DNA of 64,000 bases from Octopus bimaculoides. Lineage: Eukaryota. The notes under the pieces are model-generated. The model saw only the letters and a list, made by a program, of their open reading frames with translations. It was not told where the DNA came from and did not search any database. Positions 1 to 13,436 of the stretch are shown here, in pieces. The number at the start of each line of letters is the position of its first letter. The first letter of the stretch is position 1. The position numbers and the translations under genes were made by a program. The stretch is taken from the NCBI RefSeq assembly GCF_001194135.2, contig NC_068986.1, positions 83,081,041 to 83,145,040 of the forward strand. The letters run 5' to 3'.

Positions 1-43
<43 letters not shown>

Positions 44-249
44 TGTGTGCGTGTGTGTATATATATACACATATATAAAATCGATCATATATCTGAAAAA
101 GAAGCAGACTCTAAACATTAGAGCACTAGTATATTTAGAAGGTTGTTTGTTATGGCCAGCCAGAGTGGCCAATGGTTACTCTCTGACCAACCATAACAAG
201 CAATCTTCTAAATATATGTGTGTGTGTATATATACATACATACATACAT

Positions 250-295
<46 letters not shown>

Positions 296-1237
296 GCAAG
301 CATGTTTACTTTACAGAATCTGAATGTTACATTAATATACATTAACAACCATGATACTGCAAAGAAGATAAAAGAAATATCCTTGTAGACTTTAAATTTG
401 ATCCTTTTAAGGCTATATTATAAATTGTAATATACTGTCCATATCTTTCAACATACTTTGAGAATAATCAGGAATTTGGAATGATTTAGTTAAATAACAA
501 AATTTTTCCAAATTAAACTGATGGTTGGCACATTACTTTAACAAAGAAATTCTTACATAAAATTGGGATGAAAATTTTATTGAACAAAAGAACCATCACA
601 GACTAAGTGTGAGAACTGGGTTAATTGAGCTGAATTGGATAAATCTTAAAATAAGTATTGAATGAAGTTTTGTCATTTAGATTTTCGTAGTTTTTATTAC
701 TGATTCCAGTAAAAACATAAGATTTGTTTTTTTGTATTTTGTATATAACTTTTTAATGACTCCTTTAATTAAACTTAGCATGGATTCTTTGGAATATTTT
801 AGGCATAGCCCAGTTAACAAAGTAGTTCTCTCCCTTAGATATATCCCCGACTTCAATTGTCTGTGATTCTCAAGAGTAAATGAATAATCATTTCATCTGA
901 CAGCAAATATCACAGATATTGGCAGAGGACAATTAAACAGTTAAGAGAACCAAAGAGTTACTACATTTACAATGTCATATATACTGCAACCACAATATGA
1001 ATTTGTTACATTTGCTCTTCAGAATAAAAAGGAAAAATTTGCATTTTTTAAATGGACACAAATACAGAAAGAAGTTTTTCAATACTTTAAAAAAATCTAT
1101 AAGGATAAAATTTTCATTTTCTTCATTTTTCATTGTTTTGCATAAACAACATCAAAATCTAAAGTTTTAACATGGAGATATAACACAAATCATGTCAGCA
1201 CTAAAAATAATAAATTTAAAGGAATGTTTTATGGTGA

Positions 1238-1405
1238 GGTGCAGGCATGGTCATGTGTTTAACGAGTTTGCTTCCCAACTATGTGATTTGGGTTCAGTCA
1301 CACAATAAGGCACCTTGAGCAAGTATCTTCTACTATAACCCCAGGTCAACCAAAGCCTTGTGAGTGGATCTAGGAGAAAGAAACTAAAAGAAGTTCATCA
1401 TATAC
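1238..1405 (+). mobile_element. Degenerate CORE-type SINE, 5' part
   Basis: ggcatggtcatgtg...ttcagtc...ggcaccttgagcaagtatcttctactata...caaagccttgtgagtgga aligns to the fuller copies at 11195 and 32863. Confidence 0.75.
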
Positions 1406-1424
1406 ATATATATATATATATAAT

Positions 1425-2065
1425 AAAATAGTAATAATAATGAACTTATTGTATACCATGCTCAGGTACACTACAACTCCTCACAAAAAGTAGCCAAAAC
1501 TGCATGAACAATACACCTGATGCCTCCACTGCCTTTTTCAATGACTCATTCACTGTTCACTTCTTGTACATATTCTAATAGTACATAGAATATGTACAAG
1601 TAGTGAACAGCAAATGAGTCATTTAAAAAAGGGGGGTGCATCACGTACTGTTGGCGAATCTCAGGAAGCATGGAAGTTTTGAAGTATATAGGTATCCTGA
1701 CAGCTAACAACTGATGTGGGTAGTTTATTCCATGCTTCAACAATTCTGAGCATGAGAAAACGTTTCCAAAAGTCATATGTACTGTACGGTCTTCTGATTT
1801 TGCAAGCATGTCCATGAGTGTTAGACATGGAATTCAAAAAGGTGCCCAAGGTTGTTGTTGTTGTTAGTAAAATGGTGGATAATCTTGTGGATGCATATCA
1901 AGTCAGTTGCCAGATGCCAGAGCTTTAATGTGTCCAAGCTCAGGAAAGCAAGACATTCAAAGTATGGTAGATGTCTGATGGTGGGTATTTGTCTGGTTGC
2001 AAATTTCTGAGCAATTTCTGGGAGATTGATATACTGAGCAAGATAGAGGTTCCAGATATATCAGA
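1425..2065 (-). mobile_element. 5'-truncated CR1/L2-group LINE remnant (RT C-terminus plus 3' UTR)
   Basis: Minus-strand LSLDTLKLWHLATDLICIHKII and HGHACKIRRPYS..FWKRFLMLRIVEAWNKLPTSVVS resemble the conserved LELRRL..DL...KI and RGH..KL....RVV..WN.LP..VV ends of CR1/L2 ORF2. Ends in an (ATT)-rich tail. Confidence 0.75.
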
Positions 2066-3244
2066 TATATATATATATATATANNNNNNNNNNNNNNNNN
2101 NNNNNNNNNNNNNNNNNNNNNNNNNNNNNNNNNNNNNNNNNNNNNNNNNNNNNNNNNNNNNNNNNNNNNNNNNNNNNNNNNNNNNNNNNNNNNNNNNNNN
2201 NNNNNNNNNNNNNNNNNNNNNNNNNNNNNNNNNNNNNNNNNNNNNNNNNNNNNNNNNNNNNNNNNNNNNNNNNNNNNNNNNNNNNNNNNNNNNNNNNNNN
2301 NNNNNNNNNNNNNNNNNNNNNNNNNNNNNNNNNNNNNNNNNNNNNNNNNNNNNNNNNNNNNNNNNNNNNNNNNNNNNNNNNNNNNNNNNNNNNNNNNNNN
2401 NNNNNNNNNNNNNNNNNNNNNNNNNNNNNNNNNNNNNNNNNNNNNNNNNNNNNNNNNNNNNNNNNNNNNNNNNNNNNNNNNNNNNNNNNNNNNNNNNNNN
2501 NNNNNNNNNNNNNNNNNNNNNNAGTCTGCCAAAGGAGAGAAAGGGATGAACCCCAATGCTATAATGGGAGAAAATGCAGTGGAGGAACTTGACGAAGCAT
2601 ATACCACATTAGCAAATAACATCTTGTCAACAGAGCAGTCTGACCAACAGAATGTCCTTTACGCATATTCAGGCCAGATGTCGCAACAAATATTCTAAAG
2701 AAATCTGGACATTTTCTTTTCCTTCTTCATGTCTTACTTCTGTCTATGTCTGACCTATATTTTTTTTTTTTACTTTCCTTACAGTGTCTTCTGTCTTTCT
2801 TTCTTTTCTTCTTATTCTTCTTCTTTTATTTCGGTACCGTCTTCCCATGTCTTTGGCTTCTACCTAACATGTCTCTCTGTCTATCTGTCTTCTGATACAT
2901 CCACAATCCATGCGTGTGTCCCCCCACCCAGCGTCTGCCTGTCTATGTCTTCTTCCATTTGTTAGTTATGTTTCTTGATAAAAAAAAAAAAAAGAAAGTG
3001 AAAAAAAAAGGAAAAAAACAACGGAATTCGAGGAAGCTATCCCTACTCCCACCACAACCCTTTGCCTCCTACATCTATGCAACTTCTCTCTCTTGTGTAT
3101 GTGTGTATGTTGAAGGAGACATGTACATGTAGAGACATATACATGTAGAGACATGTTCATACCACACACACACACACAAGCACGCTCGTGTAAAATGAAT
3201 ATACATATATCTATAGACACACGCACACACATATACATACATAT

Positions 3245-3540
3245 TCGAGCAAGATCATTGCCAGTGCCGCTGGACTGGCTGCTGTGCAGGTGGCACGTAA
3301 AATACACCATTTCAAGCGTGGTCGTTGCCAGTACCGCCTGACTGGCCCTCATGCCGGTGGCACATAAAAGCACCCACTACACTCTCTGAGTGGTTGGCGT
3401 TAGGAAGGGCATCTAGCTGTAGAAACTCTGCCAAATCAGATTGGAGCCTGGTGTAGCCATCTGGTTTCACCAGTCCTCAGTCAAATCGTCCAACCCATGC
3501 TAGTATGGAAAGCGGACGTTAAATGATGACGATGACGACG
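3245..3540 (+). mobile_element. RTE LINE 3'-UTR/tail copy
   Basis: Same sequence as the 3' end of the RT-bearing RTE at 18265-19350 (ggcgttaggaagggcatc...gcatggaaagcggacgttaaa(tga)n). Lies just downstream of the GALM stop codon. Confidence 0.85.
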
Positions 3541-3768
3541 ATATACAGTACATGCAGAATTTAGGCAACTGATAGATTTGCTTTATATCTTCCATTTTTA
3601 ATTTAAAAAATTAAACCCAGATCAAATTTACTGCCATTTGAGTATACAAAATGAAAAACCTAAATAAATTAGTTATTTTAACCCCTGCTAAATATGTGCA
3701 AAAAAATGAAACACCAAATTAGTTTTTCTTTGCCCTCATATAAATGATTTAAGTTTAAACAGGTATGG

Positions 3769-3882
3769 CTAAAATTGACTGATTAGGCTGTTGTACTGGG
3801 CTTCATTGAGAACACCAAACTGGAACCAAGTTGTCTGCCGAAAGGTCTCCCCAGGGTATAAAACTGTATTTGGAAATTTAGG
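3769..3882 (-). CDS. GALM: GALM terminal coding exon
   Basis: PKFPNTVLYPGETFRQTTWFQFGVLNEAQYNSLISQF* matches the human-like P.FP...L.PGE....T.F.F C-terminus. Acceptor ttttccag; stop TAG at 3769-3771. Confidence 0.95.
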   Translation of the reverse strand, partial: PKFPNTVLYPGETFRQTTWFQFGVLNEAQYNSLISQF

Positions 3883-5838
3883 CTGGAAAAGAAATAATAA
3901 GGTTATTTTCAATAGGAATTAAGTAAGTGTTATTTACATTTCGCTGCTAGAAAGAATAGGATTTGCATATATTTCTTATAATAAAATAGCACCATAGCTA
4001 ATTAGAAAGAAGAGAGCTTAGATTTATTTCTAGCAAAACAGCATGTCTGTCTGCTACTTGTACTTGTTGCTCTTTGTGTATCAAGTATACAGGGTTAGCA
4101 GTGATGTAAAAAGGCTGTTGATTTCGCAGATTCTTGAATACATCTAATCTCTGTATAGATGCTGGCTACCTACAAGCAATGCAAAGGTTGGGGTCTATTG
4201 TTTGTTTCTGGATGTGACACTGTAAATAAACTGCTAAATCCAGGTTTTGTCCTCCAATGTGTGTGTAGCATCAGCAGCCCTAAAGCATAGAAATATTTCT
4301 TGCAATGAAGACAAGAAGAAAAGCAAAATACTATCTGAAGTCCTACGACTTATAGAGCCTGTTACCCAGTTTCCACATGGTACAAGTAACTGAGATTACA
4401 AAATTCCCATGGAATGGGATGCCGATCTGTTGCAGAGTTACTTATTTACAGCTGAGTAGAGTGGAGGAATATGACATGGAGTGTTTTGCTGAAGAACACA
4501 GCACATCATCCAGCGAGGTAATCAAAAGCACAATTTTACAATCATGAGTATAGCACCCCAACAATAATTCAATATACCTCTACTCTGAAAACATACATAG
4601 AAGACAAAATAACTTGCCTGTCTAAAGCAAAAATGGTTCTGTATCTCAGAGAATTGTGATTTTTTTCTAGACTACTGGAAGCTGTTAGAAATAACTGCAC
4701 AAAACAAGACTTGCTAAGCATACACTAATAGCCTATGCTCTACAGGGAGCTGGAAGGCAAAGAAGAAGAATATATCTAATTGTTGGCAGATTTTTGTTAT
4801 TGTTGTTGCTATTCTCCTTCGTGCACAATATGTCCATGATCAATTTTGGTCATGTTATATTACGAATGTCTTAAAGAATGCAAAACTTCACATCTTATCA
4901 TTTGTTTTATTATAAATTAAAGTCTGTTTCTCTCATTCAAATTATCTTAAATCTATATATTTACAGGACTAATCCATTTTAGCTTACCTAGCAGATAACC
5001 CTATCCAGAAAGGGTGTAATTATTTGTTTATGTATTAAAATATTTAAAAAAAATAATAACATATATAATATATAGAATTTGCTCTTTAAAATGGTATGTT
5101 ACATGAACATAGTTAAAAAAAAGTTTAATCCAAAATAAACATCAAAATTTAGAAATGAAAACTGCAATTATTTTTAAACAAACCTAACATTTAGTAACTC
5201 CAGACAGATGAAAGACAAAGTTAATTCCAATTGGGTTTGAGAATACTACTAAATAATACTCAGAATAATACTAAAATATTTTAAAGGATTTAGTATAGAA
5301 CAGTTCCAATTTAAGCTTATTATGAAAGATGCAGTTTCTTAGTCATTCAAAAAATACACTTCTGATGCAAATAAAGTAATAGCAGCTTTATCAGTGAGTA
5401 AATAATAATTTTTCTCTTTCATCACCATTATCATCATTTTTATACCTATTTTTCCATACTTCATTTTTCCATCAGTCACGTGTGTCTCCTTCAGTACGGT
5501 ATCTTAACACCTGCTGCAATCCCTTGTCATCTCCTTCACAACATTCAACCTCCTAAGATCAGATTTCACTTCTTTCATCAGTTTAAGAGCTCTGTCTTGA
5601 GTCAATCATTATCATCATCATCATTTTCACCATTGTCTTACCCGTGCTTGCAACGGTTGGACAGAGTTTATTGAAGCAGATTTTCTATGGTCAGACACCC
5701 TTCCTGTTGTCAACCCCCACCTGTTTTGCAGGTAATATTTCTTCATAGCCAGACATGCTTTTGCAGAATATCAAAAATGAGTGTCACTGCTTGTATGATA
5801 GTGATACCTATATACAACTATCGAGCATTGTCAAAGAC

Positions 5839-6229
5839 TCTTCTTCTTGGCACTCCGTCGCTTACGACGTCGAAGGTTCCAGTTGATCCGATCAATGGAA
5901 CAGCCTGCTCGTGAAATTAACGTGCAAATGGCTGAGCACTCCACAGACACGTGTACCCTTAACGTAGTTCTCAGGGATATTCAGCGTGACACTGTGTGAC
6001 AAGGCTGACCCTTTGAATTACAGGCACAACAGAAACAGGAAGTAAGAGTGAGAGAAAGTTGTGGTGAAAGAGTATGGCAGGGTTCGCCACCATCCCCTGT
6101 CGGAGCCTCATGGAGCTTTTAGGTGTTTTCGCTCAATAAACACTCACAGCGCCCGGTCTGGGAATCAAAACTGCGATCCTATGACCGTGAGTCCCCTGCC
6201 CTAACAACTGGGCCATTGCGCCGCCACTA
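5839..6229 (-). mobile_element. Full-length tRNA-derived SINE with a 10-bp target-site duplication
   Basis: Minus strand begins with a tRNA-like head (gcaatggcccagttgttagggc A-box; gttttgattcccagacc B-box-like) and ends ...gacggagtgccaagaagaaga. TSD tgtcaaagac at 5829-5838 and 6230-6239. CpG-rich relative to the flanks. Nested in an older RTE-tail-like repeat (about 5605-6290). Confidence 0.88.
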
Positions 6230-6459
6230 TGTCAAAGACAAGGAGATACAAACATACACATGTTCACACACACACACACACACACACACAACAATAACAA
6301 TAACCAGTTTCCTTCTACTAAATCTACACACAAGGCTTTGGCTGGTCCAGAGCTATAGTAGAAGACATTTGCTCAAGGTGCCACATGTACACACACACCC
6401 AAACATATGAGAGAGATAGAGAAAAGGAACAATTTTTTTTTAAAGAACCAAACACTTAC

Positions 6460-6631
6460 TTCATTAACACTATTAGGATAGTGTTGTGTTTCCAAACAAA
6501 GTCCAGAATATTTTTTATAGACTGCACCGTCTTTACCTACTGGACCATTAAGGAAATAACCAGTGTACACATGTACTCCAGGTTGGGTAGATGAAACTTT
6601 GAGGCTTCGTTCAGTCTCTTCATGCCACACC
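6460..6631 (-). CDS. GALM: GALM exon with the catalytic Glu (CLETQ)
   Basis: VWHEETERSLKVSSTQPGVHVYTGYFLNGPVGKDGAVYKKYSGLCLETQHYPNSVNE; tag/gtaagt boundaries; 172 nt. Confidence 0.97.
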
Positions 6632-8849
6632 CTATAATTTGAAAAGAAAATCAATATAAAATGAATTCATCAGAATCACTATTAACAATGATTTTAAATA
6701 GATATGTCATATGATTATACAATACCCTATCTTTTTATGCATTCTTTATATTGCATTATATCATACAAGAGGCCTAACCATTGTGATGGTTTATGATGAC
6801 ATCATGTGTCTTCTGTAACAAATTTGTTCTTTGCTGTGTATATGTCAACCATTCACACTGAAAATCCATACTAATGTAATCATCTCTTGAAAACGTTGGT
6901 TAAAGCCCTTAACACTCAAGCATGTTTGAGAATTGGTATATTCAAACAGAAATATCATGCAACATGTATGTCTCACTGCATTTTGCATTTTGTATATTAT
7001 CAGTATGTTAAAATAAATATCAAATGAAAGGGGTGCAGTTCAATGACTGAAGCTAGTGAAAGAATAAAAGAAAGAATACAACTCTTTCAAATTAAACCCT
7101 ATCATATCAAAAACAGAAGGACTCATAAGATGATGTCATATTATATAACCTTAAAAAACTTTTGATTGAAAGTCTACTTGCTGAATGTTGGCATCAAGCT
7201 GAAACAAATTTACATTTAATGACCAACAACAACCAACTTTAAAATGAATGACTTATCATTCATATTAAACTTTTCATCAACAGCCACAATATTTCTGGCT
7301 TTACTGTTCAAAGATTCACTGCTGTATAGTAAAACATGAAACATACAGTTTAATCTGCCTTTGATATAAATACTATCTAAGGCAGCAGTTCACTGATGCC
7401 TATCTATCTCAAAGTTTACATTAAGCTAGTGGAAGTCTATGCCATTAACAGATATGTAAGAAATAGCAGTTAAATCTCCTTCAAATAAAACTCTATTGCC
7501 TTGGCAGCAGGACACATCAGATGCTGTAGTTCTAGATACACTATATCTCTAGATTACAATACCACTATAACTAATTATATCTAAAAAATATACGCTTTAT
7601 ATACTACTATTGCTACAACTACTATCAAGCAAGTAACAATGGAGTCTATGTGGTAGCTTGGTCTACTACAAACAGCAACCAAATTTCCCTGAAATCAAAC
7701 TTTACCATATTTAAAAACATTTAAAACTACATTGGATAATGACCAACTTCCTTTTAGGTCACACATTATTCATTATTTCACTGAAATATATGTTCTTCAG
7801 CTGTTTCATATTAAACTATTAGATACAACTTTAGTGCAGCCTTTTGTTATAAGGTAAATAACTCCCAGAGAGGAGACTAGGTATAACAATAGATAGTTTA
7901 ACCCTTTAGCATTTAAACCGGCCATATCCAGCCCAAATGTTTTACCTGTTTTATATTCAAACTGGCCAGATTTGGTCTCTCACACCTACCCTATAATGTC
8001 ATTCTAAAAATAAACAGTCACATCAATTGAAATTTCATAGCTACAAGATAATGCATAATTAATTCAAAACAATATGAATAAATAAGCATTACATTTAACA
8101 GAGTAATCTGAATGCTAAAGGGTTAAAAAGGGATATTTAACTAACCAAGAAATAACAATACATAATTGAAGGTTCAATATAGTGAATAAAATAAAAGCCT
8201 CTATAACTGGATGCAAGTTAAGGATTACTATGACTCATTAAGCAGTTGGCCCTGTCATTACAACCACTTGCTACCAACAGCCAACTAATAACTTGCTATA
8301 TAAACATATTGAAGTATAAAGAGAAGTTTATTAATGTTTCATATTTCTACTATGATGCTAGTATCTTCCCGAAGATAATAATAATCAACATTTCGAAGTT
8401 CCTTTTGGTTCTCCACTTAAGGCTTTGAAGGAAGAGGAAAAAATTGAAGAATGAAGCATGATACGATTCTCAAGTGTATTGCTTTTTCTGATAGGCTTTT
8501 TGTTTCTTTATGGTTGCTCTTAACATTTCTAATAAATAATTCATTCGCATATAGTTTTCTCTTACTCAACACTTCAATATTGATTTTTTTTTATTTATTC
8601 ATATATGTGAGAGTATTTTTAATATTTTCTGGTCGTCTCTTTAGTGGTTTTGCTTATAACAAAGTGCCTTATTTAAAAGTTAGGCCACAGCTGCAGTATC
8701 TAACTTTTGTTTTCCACTGTCACCTGAACCTATGCACAAATAAACTCACTCTGTGCATGAATGTGCCGACACCAAGTCACAGTGTATAAACACATTATAA
8801 AAAAAATATCAATGCCATTTTTTCCATACTTATATAACTTAGCCTCTCC

Positions 8850-10098
8850 AAACATAAATAATGGGTTTTTTTTATGCTTCTTTTATTTTTCAAAATTAAG
8901 ATAAACAAAGTTCTTATTTAATCTAAAATATACTCCACTTCATTTTCTACAATGCTTTTCCATCTATCTGGTAGACTTCCAAGGCCCCTCTTCCAAAATT
9001 CACTTGTCCATGACAAAAAATACTCCTCCACTACTGTTCTGACTTCATCTACAGAATTCATATTTTTTCCATCCAAATGATTCTGAAGACTGCAAAATAA
9101 ATTATAATCAGATGGGGCAATGTCTGGCAAATATGGTGGGCGGGACATCATTTCTCATTCAAACTACTCCAGCTTTTGGAGTGTCATCCTCATTGTATGT
9201 GGCTGAGCATTATCCTAATGGAAGAACACCTTTCATCTTGAAACCAAAGATGGTTGGGATTTTTCTCTAGTGCTGACTTAGGCTGCTTGCCATAGATCTT
9301 TCTTATTGTTTGGTTTGGGTTTAAAAGTTCAAAGTGAACTAAACCTTTCATATCCCACCAAACAGATAACAACACCTCACATAGGTGAAGACCTTCTTTA
9401 GCCTGGGGTGCTGGTATTTCTCCTTTCTGTACCCACTGTCTTCAGAGCTTGACGTTTTTATAGAGAACCCATTTCTTGTTACCAGTGACTATTCGGTCCA
9501 AAAAAGGTACGTTTGTGAAACATGACAGCAAAGAAGAGCACACATTCATTCTCTGCATGCAATTAGACTCGAAAAGTTTGTGAGGAACTCTTTGACCCAA
9601 TTTGCTGACTTTTCCAAAGGCATACAGGTGTCAATGAGTGGTTGAATGATCAAATCCAAGCTTCTCTGCTAGTTCCTCAATAGTTATGATGGGATTTTGT
9701 TCCACCAAGGTTTGCAGGCCATCCTCATCGAGCTTTACAGATCTTCCAGGATGAGACTTATCTTCTTGGCTGTAGTTTCTGGTTCAGAAATTCTGGAACC
9801 ACCATTGACACTGTCCAATCCCCATATTCTGCATTAATATTCCTCGCACTTTCTGTTGCATTGTTGCCTTTACAGAACTCATAATGCAAAATATGTTCCT
9901 TTGTCACTCTCATTATAGCTTTGAAAAAAATAACTTTTAAAATTGAACTGCACTCTTCAAAACTTGCACTAAAAATAAATACAAGGTAAAATTACTACCT
10001 GATTTTATAGTAAGTTGATGCAGGTAGTTTATCCCATCCCCCTCCAACTTTTAGTCCATGCAATTGAAAAAACCGTATTATTTATGGGATGACCCAAT
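8850..10098 (-). mobile_element. Mariner DNA transposon, degenerate, near full length (~1.25 kb)
   Basis: Frameshifted transposase pieces MLLSVWWDMKGLVHFELL and RPPYLPDIAPSDYNLFCSLQNHLDGK (YSPDLAPSD motif). TIR attgggtcatcccataaataatacggtttttt at the 10098 end, partial counterpart cataaataatgggttttttt near 8853. Confidence 0.88.
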
Positions 10099-10108
10099 GT
10101 TTACTTAC

Positions 10109-10244
10109 AAAGCTATCAGTTTTTTCTCAAGATTTCCAAAGCAATATGTATGGTCATAACCATCAGGAAGTTCTTTGAATTTTTCACTCAGAAGAACTTG
10201 TTTTCTTAGATCCATAGGTGTTCCATCAACAGGTCGAATTTCTC
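10109..10244 (-). CDS. GALM: GALM exon
   Basis: (G)EIRPVDGTPMDLRKQVLLSEKFKELPDGYDHTYCFGNLEKKLIA(L) carries the GT.FDLR-like and G.DH motifs. ttccag/gtaagt boundaries; 136 nt. Confidence 0.95.
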
Positions 10245-10399
10245 CTGGAATGGAAAGGAAGAGAGTTTAAGGCATTAAAATTTTCAATTCTGCAAATCAA
10301 AAACAAACAACTTAAAATGAAATATTCTATTGTTTACCACTGATATACATGAAACAGTTTATAAAATATATAAATTTGGTTCTTGAAATGAAATAAGAA

Positions 10400-10800
10400 A
10401 ATATTTGTACTTTCCTTGCCCAAGTGTAGTATATTTAAAAATATCAATTTCCAATGTGGTTGTATGAGCTGTCCCAATGCATTTACCATATTTGAAGCTT
10501 ACACTTTTGGATAATCTGCCAGTGATTCTATTACATCTCTTGTATGTCCATAGCTTGCAATAAGTACAGTGTATACCAATTCCTTTTCTGTATATCAAGC
10601 AAAGCCATTTCCCTGAAGGTACAGAGCCCTGTCTTCTTCCCTATTTACCAAAACATCTGTCTTTGTGAGATTTACCTTAAGGCCTCACGATTATAGGTTT
10701 AGCTTCAATACCTGGAATTTCTTCTCTAATTCCCCTAAATTTTCAGTATATAGAAGTTCACATGAAAAACCAGTCTTAAACTCCTTTGTAATGACTTGTA
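10400..10800 (-). mobile_element. Degenerate RTE LINE fragment
   Basis: IYRKGIGIHCTYCKLWTYKRCNRITGRLSK resembles the Cys-rich segment following RT in RTE ORFs; adjacent sequence reads as degenerate EEKFQV..LN..G..VNL.KT. Confidence 0.6.
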
Positions 10801-11194
10801 GGGCCATAATGAATAGGAGAGCACTACAAACTGAACAATGATGGAGCTCCAATGATCTTCACACTAAATTCATCACTGAAGTTGTTGCCAAAAGATAAGT
10901 AATAAACTTACAATCCAATATTATTGTTATCCTCTGCCCATACTACCATAGAACTTTCCCAGTTTAGATTAGTCTTGTAAGCCAATAACTTACTAATAAA
11001 CAGATGAAATTCTTATCACAAGTTTGCTAACAGCAAATCATTGTTTGTTGCTCTATAAGAAACAAAGAGCTACATAATATAGTGTATATATGTAGAACAT
11101 TAATGCCAAATTACTATTCCTCCACTACTGTAGATTTGAATTTATCTGAAACTAGGACATAGATCTTCCAGGAATTTTGTCTTCATAAAGTATT

Positions 11195-11590
11195 GGAGTG
11201 GTTGTGTGGTAAGTAGCTTGCTTACGAACCACATGGTTCTGGGTTCAGTCCCACTGTGTAGCACCTTGGGCAAGTGTCTTCTACTATAGCCTTGGGCCGA
11301 CCAAAGCCTTGTGAGTGGATTTGGTAGACGGAAACTGAAAGAAGCCCGTCGTATATATATATATATGTGTGTGTGCATGTGTGTATGTTTGTGTGTCTGT
11401 GTTTGTCCCCCAACATCGCTTGACAACCGATGATGGTGTGTTTATGTCCCCGTAACTTAGCGGTTCAGCAAAAGAGACTGATAGACTAAGTACTAGGCTT
11501 ACAAAGAATAAGTCCTGGGGTCGATTTGCCCGACTAAAGGCAGTGCTCCAGCATGGCCGCAGTCAAATGACTGAAACAAGAAAAAGAGTA
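11195..11590 (+). mobile_element. Full-length tRNA/CORE-type SINE
   Basis: tRNA-like head ggagtggttgtgtggtaag...ggttcagtccc, MIR-core-like gcaccttgggcaagtgtctt, internal (TA)n(TG)n tract, tail cagcatggccgcagtcaaatgactgaaacaag. Multiple copies in the window. Confidence 0.9.
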
Positions 11591-12694
11591 TCTGATGACA
11601 TTAACACTACAAAAACTATGGCTGAACATTAGTTTACTGAACTTATGCGGTCCATGAGATAGTTAACATTTATCATATACAAGCATGGCTTGTTTACCGA
11701 CATACCTCTGGCCCACAGATATGCTGTCTCTTGTCTCTACCTTTTCTACTGCTAAAAAAGTGGTCTTTGCTCCTTGGAAATGTCTGATTCATGCTACATC
11801 TACTGAAACACTCCCAACTCACTACTCTCTCCTTCTCCCACCAGCCATATTGTGTCCACCACATCTCCCTGGTCCCACACTAACCACAGAACCAAATCCT
11901 ACATAGAACTTCAGTTCTCTGAAATTTCTTTGGCAAGTCTTTCTGCCATCGATGGAAATCTGTGAAACCATATCAATCTTACTGGTCCTTGAAAACATGC
12001 AAAGATCATGAGAACAATACCTTCTTTCAGATCAAGTTGTTATTTAAAATTTTCCTAAATATATGTGGAAAGAAGAATTTTCAGAATACACAGATTTGAA
12101 AAGTTTGTAAAAATGCTTAAATTAGAGTAAAATCAGCCACACCGGATATAAATTACATTATAAAAAAGACAATTGTATTTCAGATCTATAAAAGTTAGCA
12201 GCTGTGATTTTATTACTCAGATTAAAATGCTTATCCTTCAAGGACCATCTGTAAATGGGATTGCTTAATGTAAAGTATGTGCAAACAATTACCATAAAGT
12301 TATATAGATTCAAAAGCAGTAGGTTAACTCCACGTCTGTCTTGATTGAGCCTTCTAGCTGTGACCATACTATCTTTTACTGATATAATGCATTAAAGAGA
12401 GTGGGCGTGATTTGAGGAAGATTCTGCTTTTTCTAGCATTCCAAGTGACCACAAAGAGGCTCCAAGTGACCACAAAGCTATAGTACATTAAATTGATATC
12501 ATTGTGATCATCTTTTTGTGTCTACCTTTTCATAATTACATAGGTTAAACATATCTGTTCCAATATAGTGCCTTTCCACTTGTCATAATACTTCATCATC
12601 TGATACACATAACAAAAGAAAAAAAAAACCACCAGTCTTTCTGTGTAAGTCATTTATTTCATAAGTATTTAGTAATCAGAGGAGGAATATTTAC

Positions 12695-12776
12695 CTGTTA
12701 CCAAGCAGTTTTTATCAACAGGTAGGTAATGAGCTGCAGGAACAATTAACCAATGCTTTGAAAGGTTACCTATTCC
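12695..12776 (-). CDS. GALM: GALM exon
   Basis: GIGNLSKHWLIVPAAHYLPVDKNCLVT(G) carries the YLPVD..L.PTG-type motif. tag/gtaaat boundaries; 82 nt. Confidence 0.93.
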
Positions 12777-13393
12777 CTATTAAAAAATAAATATTTACAG
12801 TATATTAAATGAAGAGTAAACTTTCTTTTTTGTTTCCAAGAAATTTTAGAAAGCAAAGATATAAATGACAGACATACAATCATAGACTTGTGTTAAATCA
12901 GACATAATCATAGAACTGTATCATAGTGATCAAAATAAATGACATACATTATAGATTTTTCATCATAGAAATCAAGGTATACTATGGATTTGTTTTCTGT
13001 GATCAATATATACAATCTATATGTCACCATGTGAAGGTGTAGTATTGTTACCCCAGTGAAAATATGAATGTAACCTTAAGATGCTTATTGAGTGAATGGA
13101 ATTATAGATTAACTTTATTGTTATCTCTGTTAACAACACAGCTGATACCAAAGTCATTGCACACAGTGTACAAGCATAGAATTAGGTTTGATGACAATTA
13201 ATACTAAAATGTCGCATTCTAAATATCAAAGAATACAAGTTCTTATATTTTTCATTTTCCTCTTTTATACTCACCTTCTTGTATCTCAAGATGCTATGAC
13301 ATCCCATCATCACCATTATTTCTTAATAGCTACTTCCATCCATCCCTATATAATGCAGGATAGCTTTGTATCACTTGTATAACATGACAGACT

Positions 13394-13436
<43 letters not shown>

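Noticed and set aside
11195-11270. tRNA gene-like sequence at SINE heads (also 6160-6225, 32863, 45724)
   Set aside because: No complete cloverleaf, and each continues directly into a SINE body; these are tRNA-derived heads, not tRNA genes.
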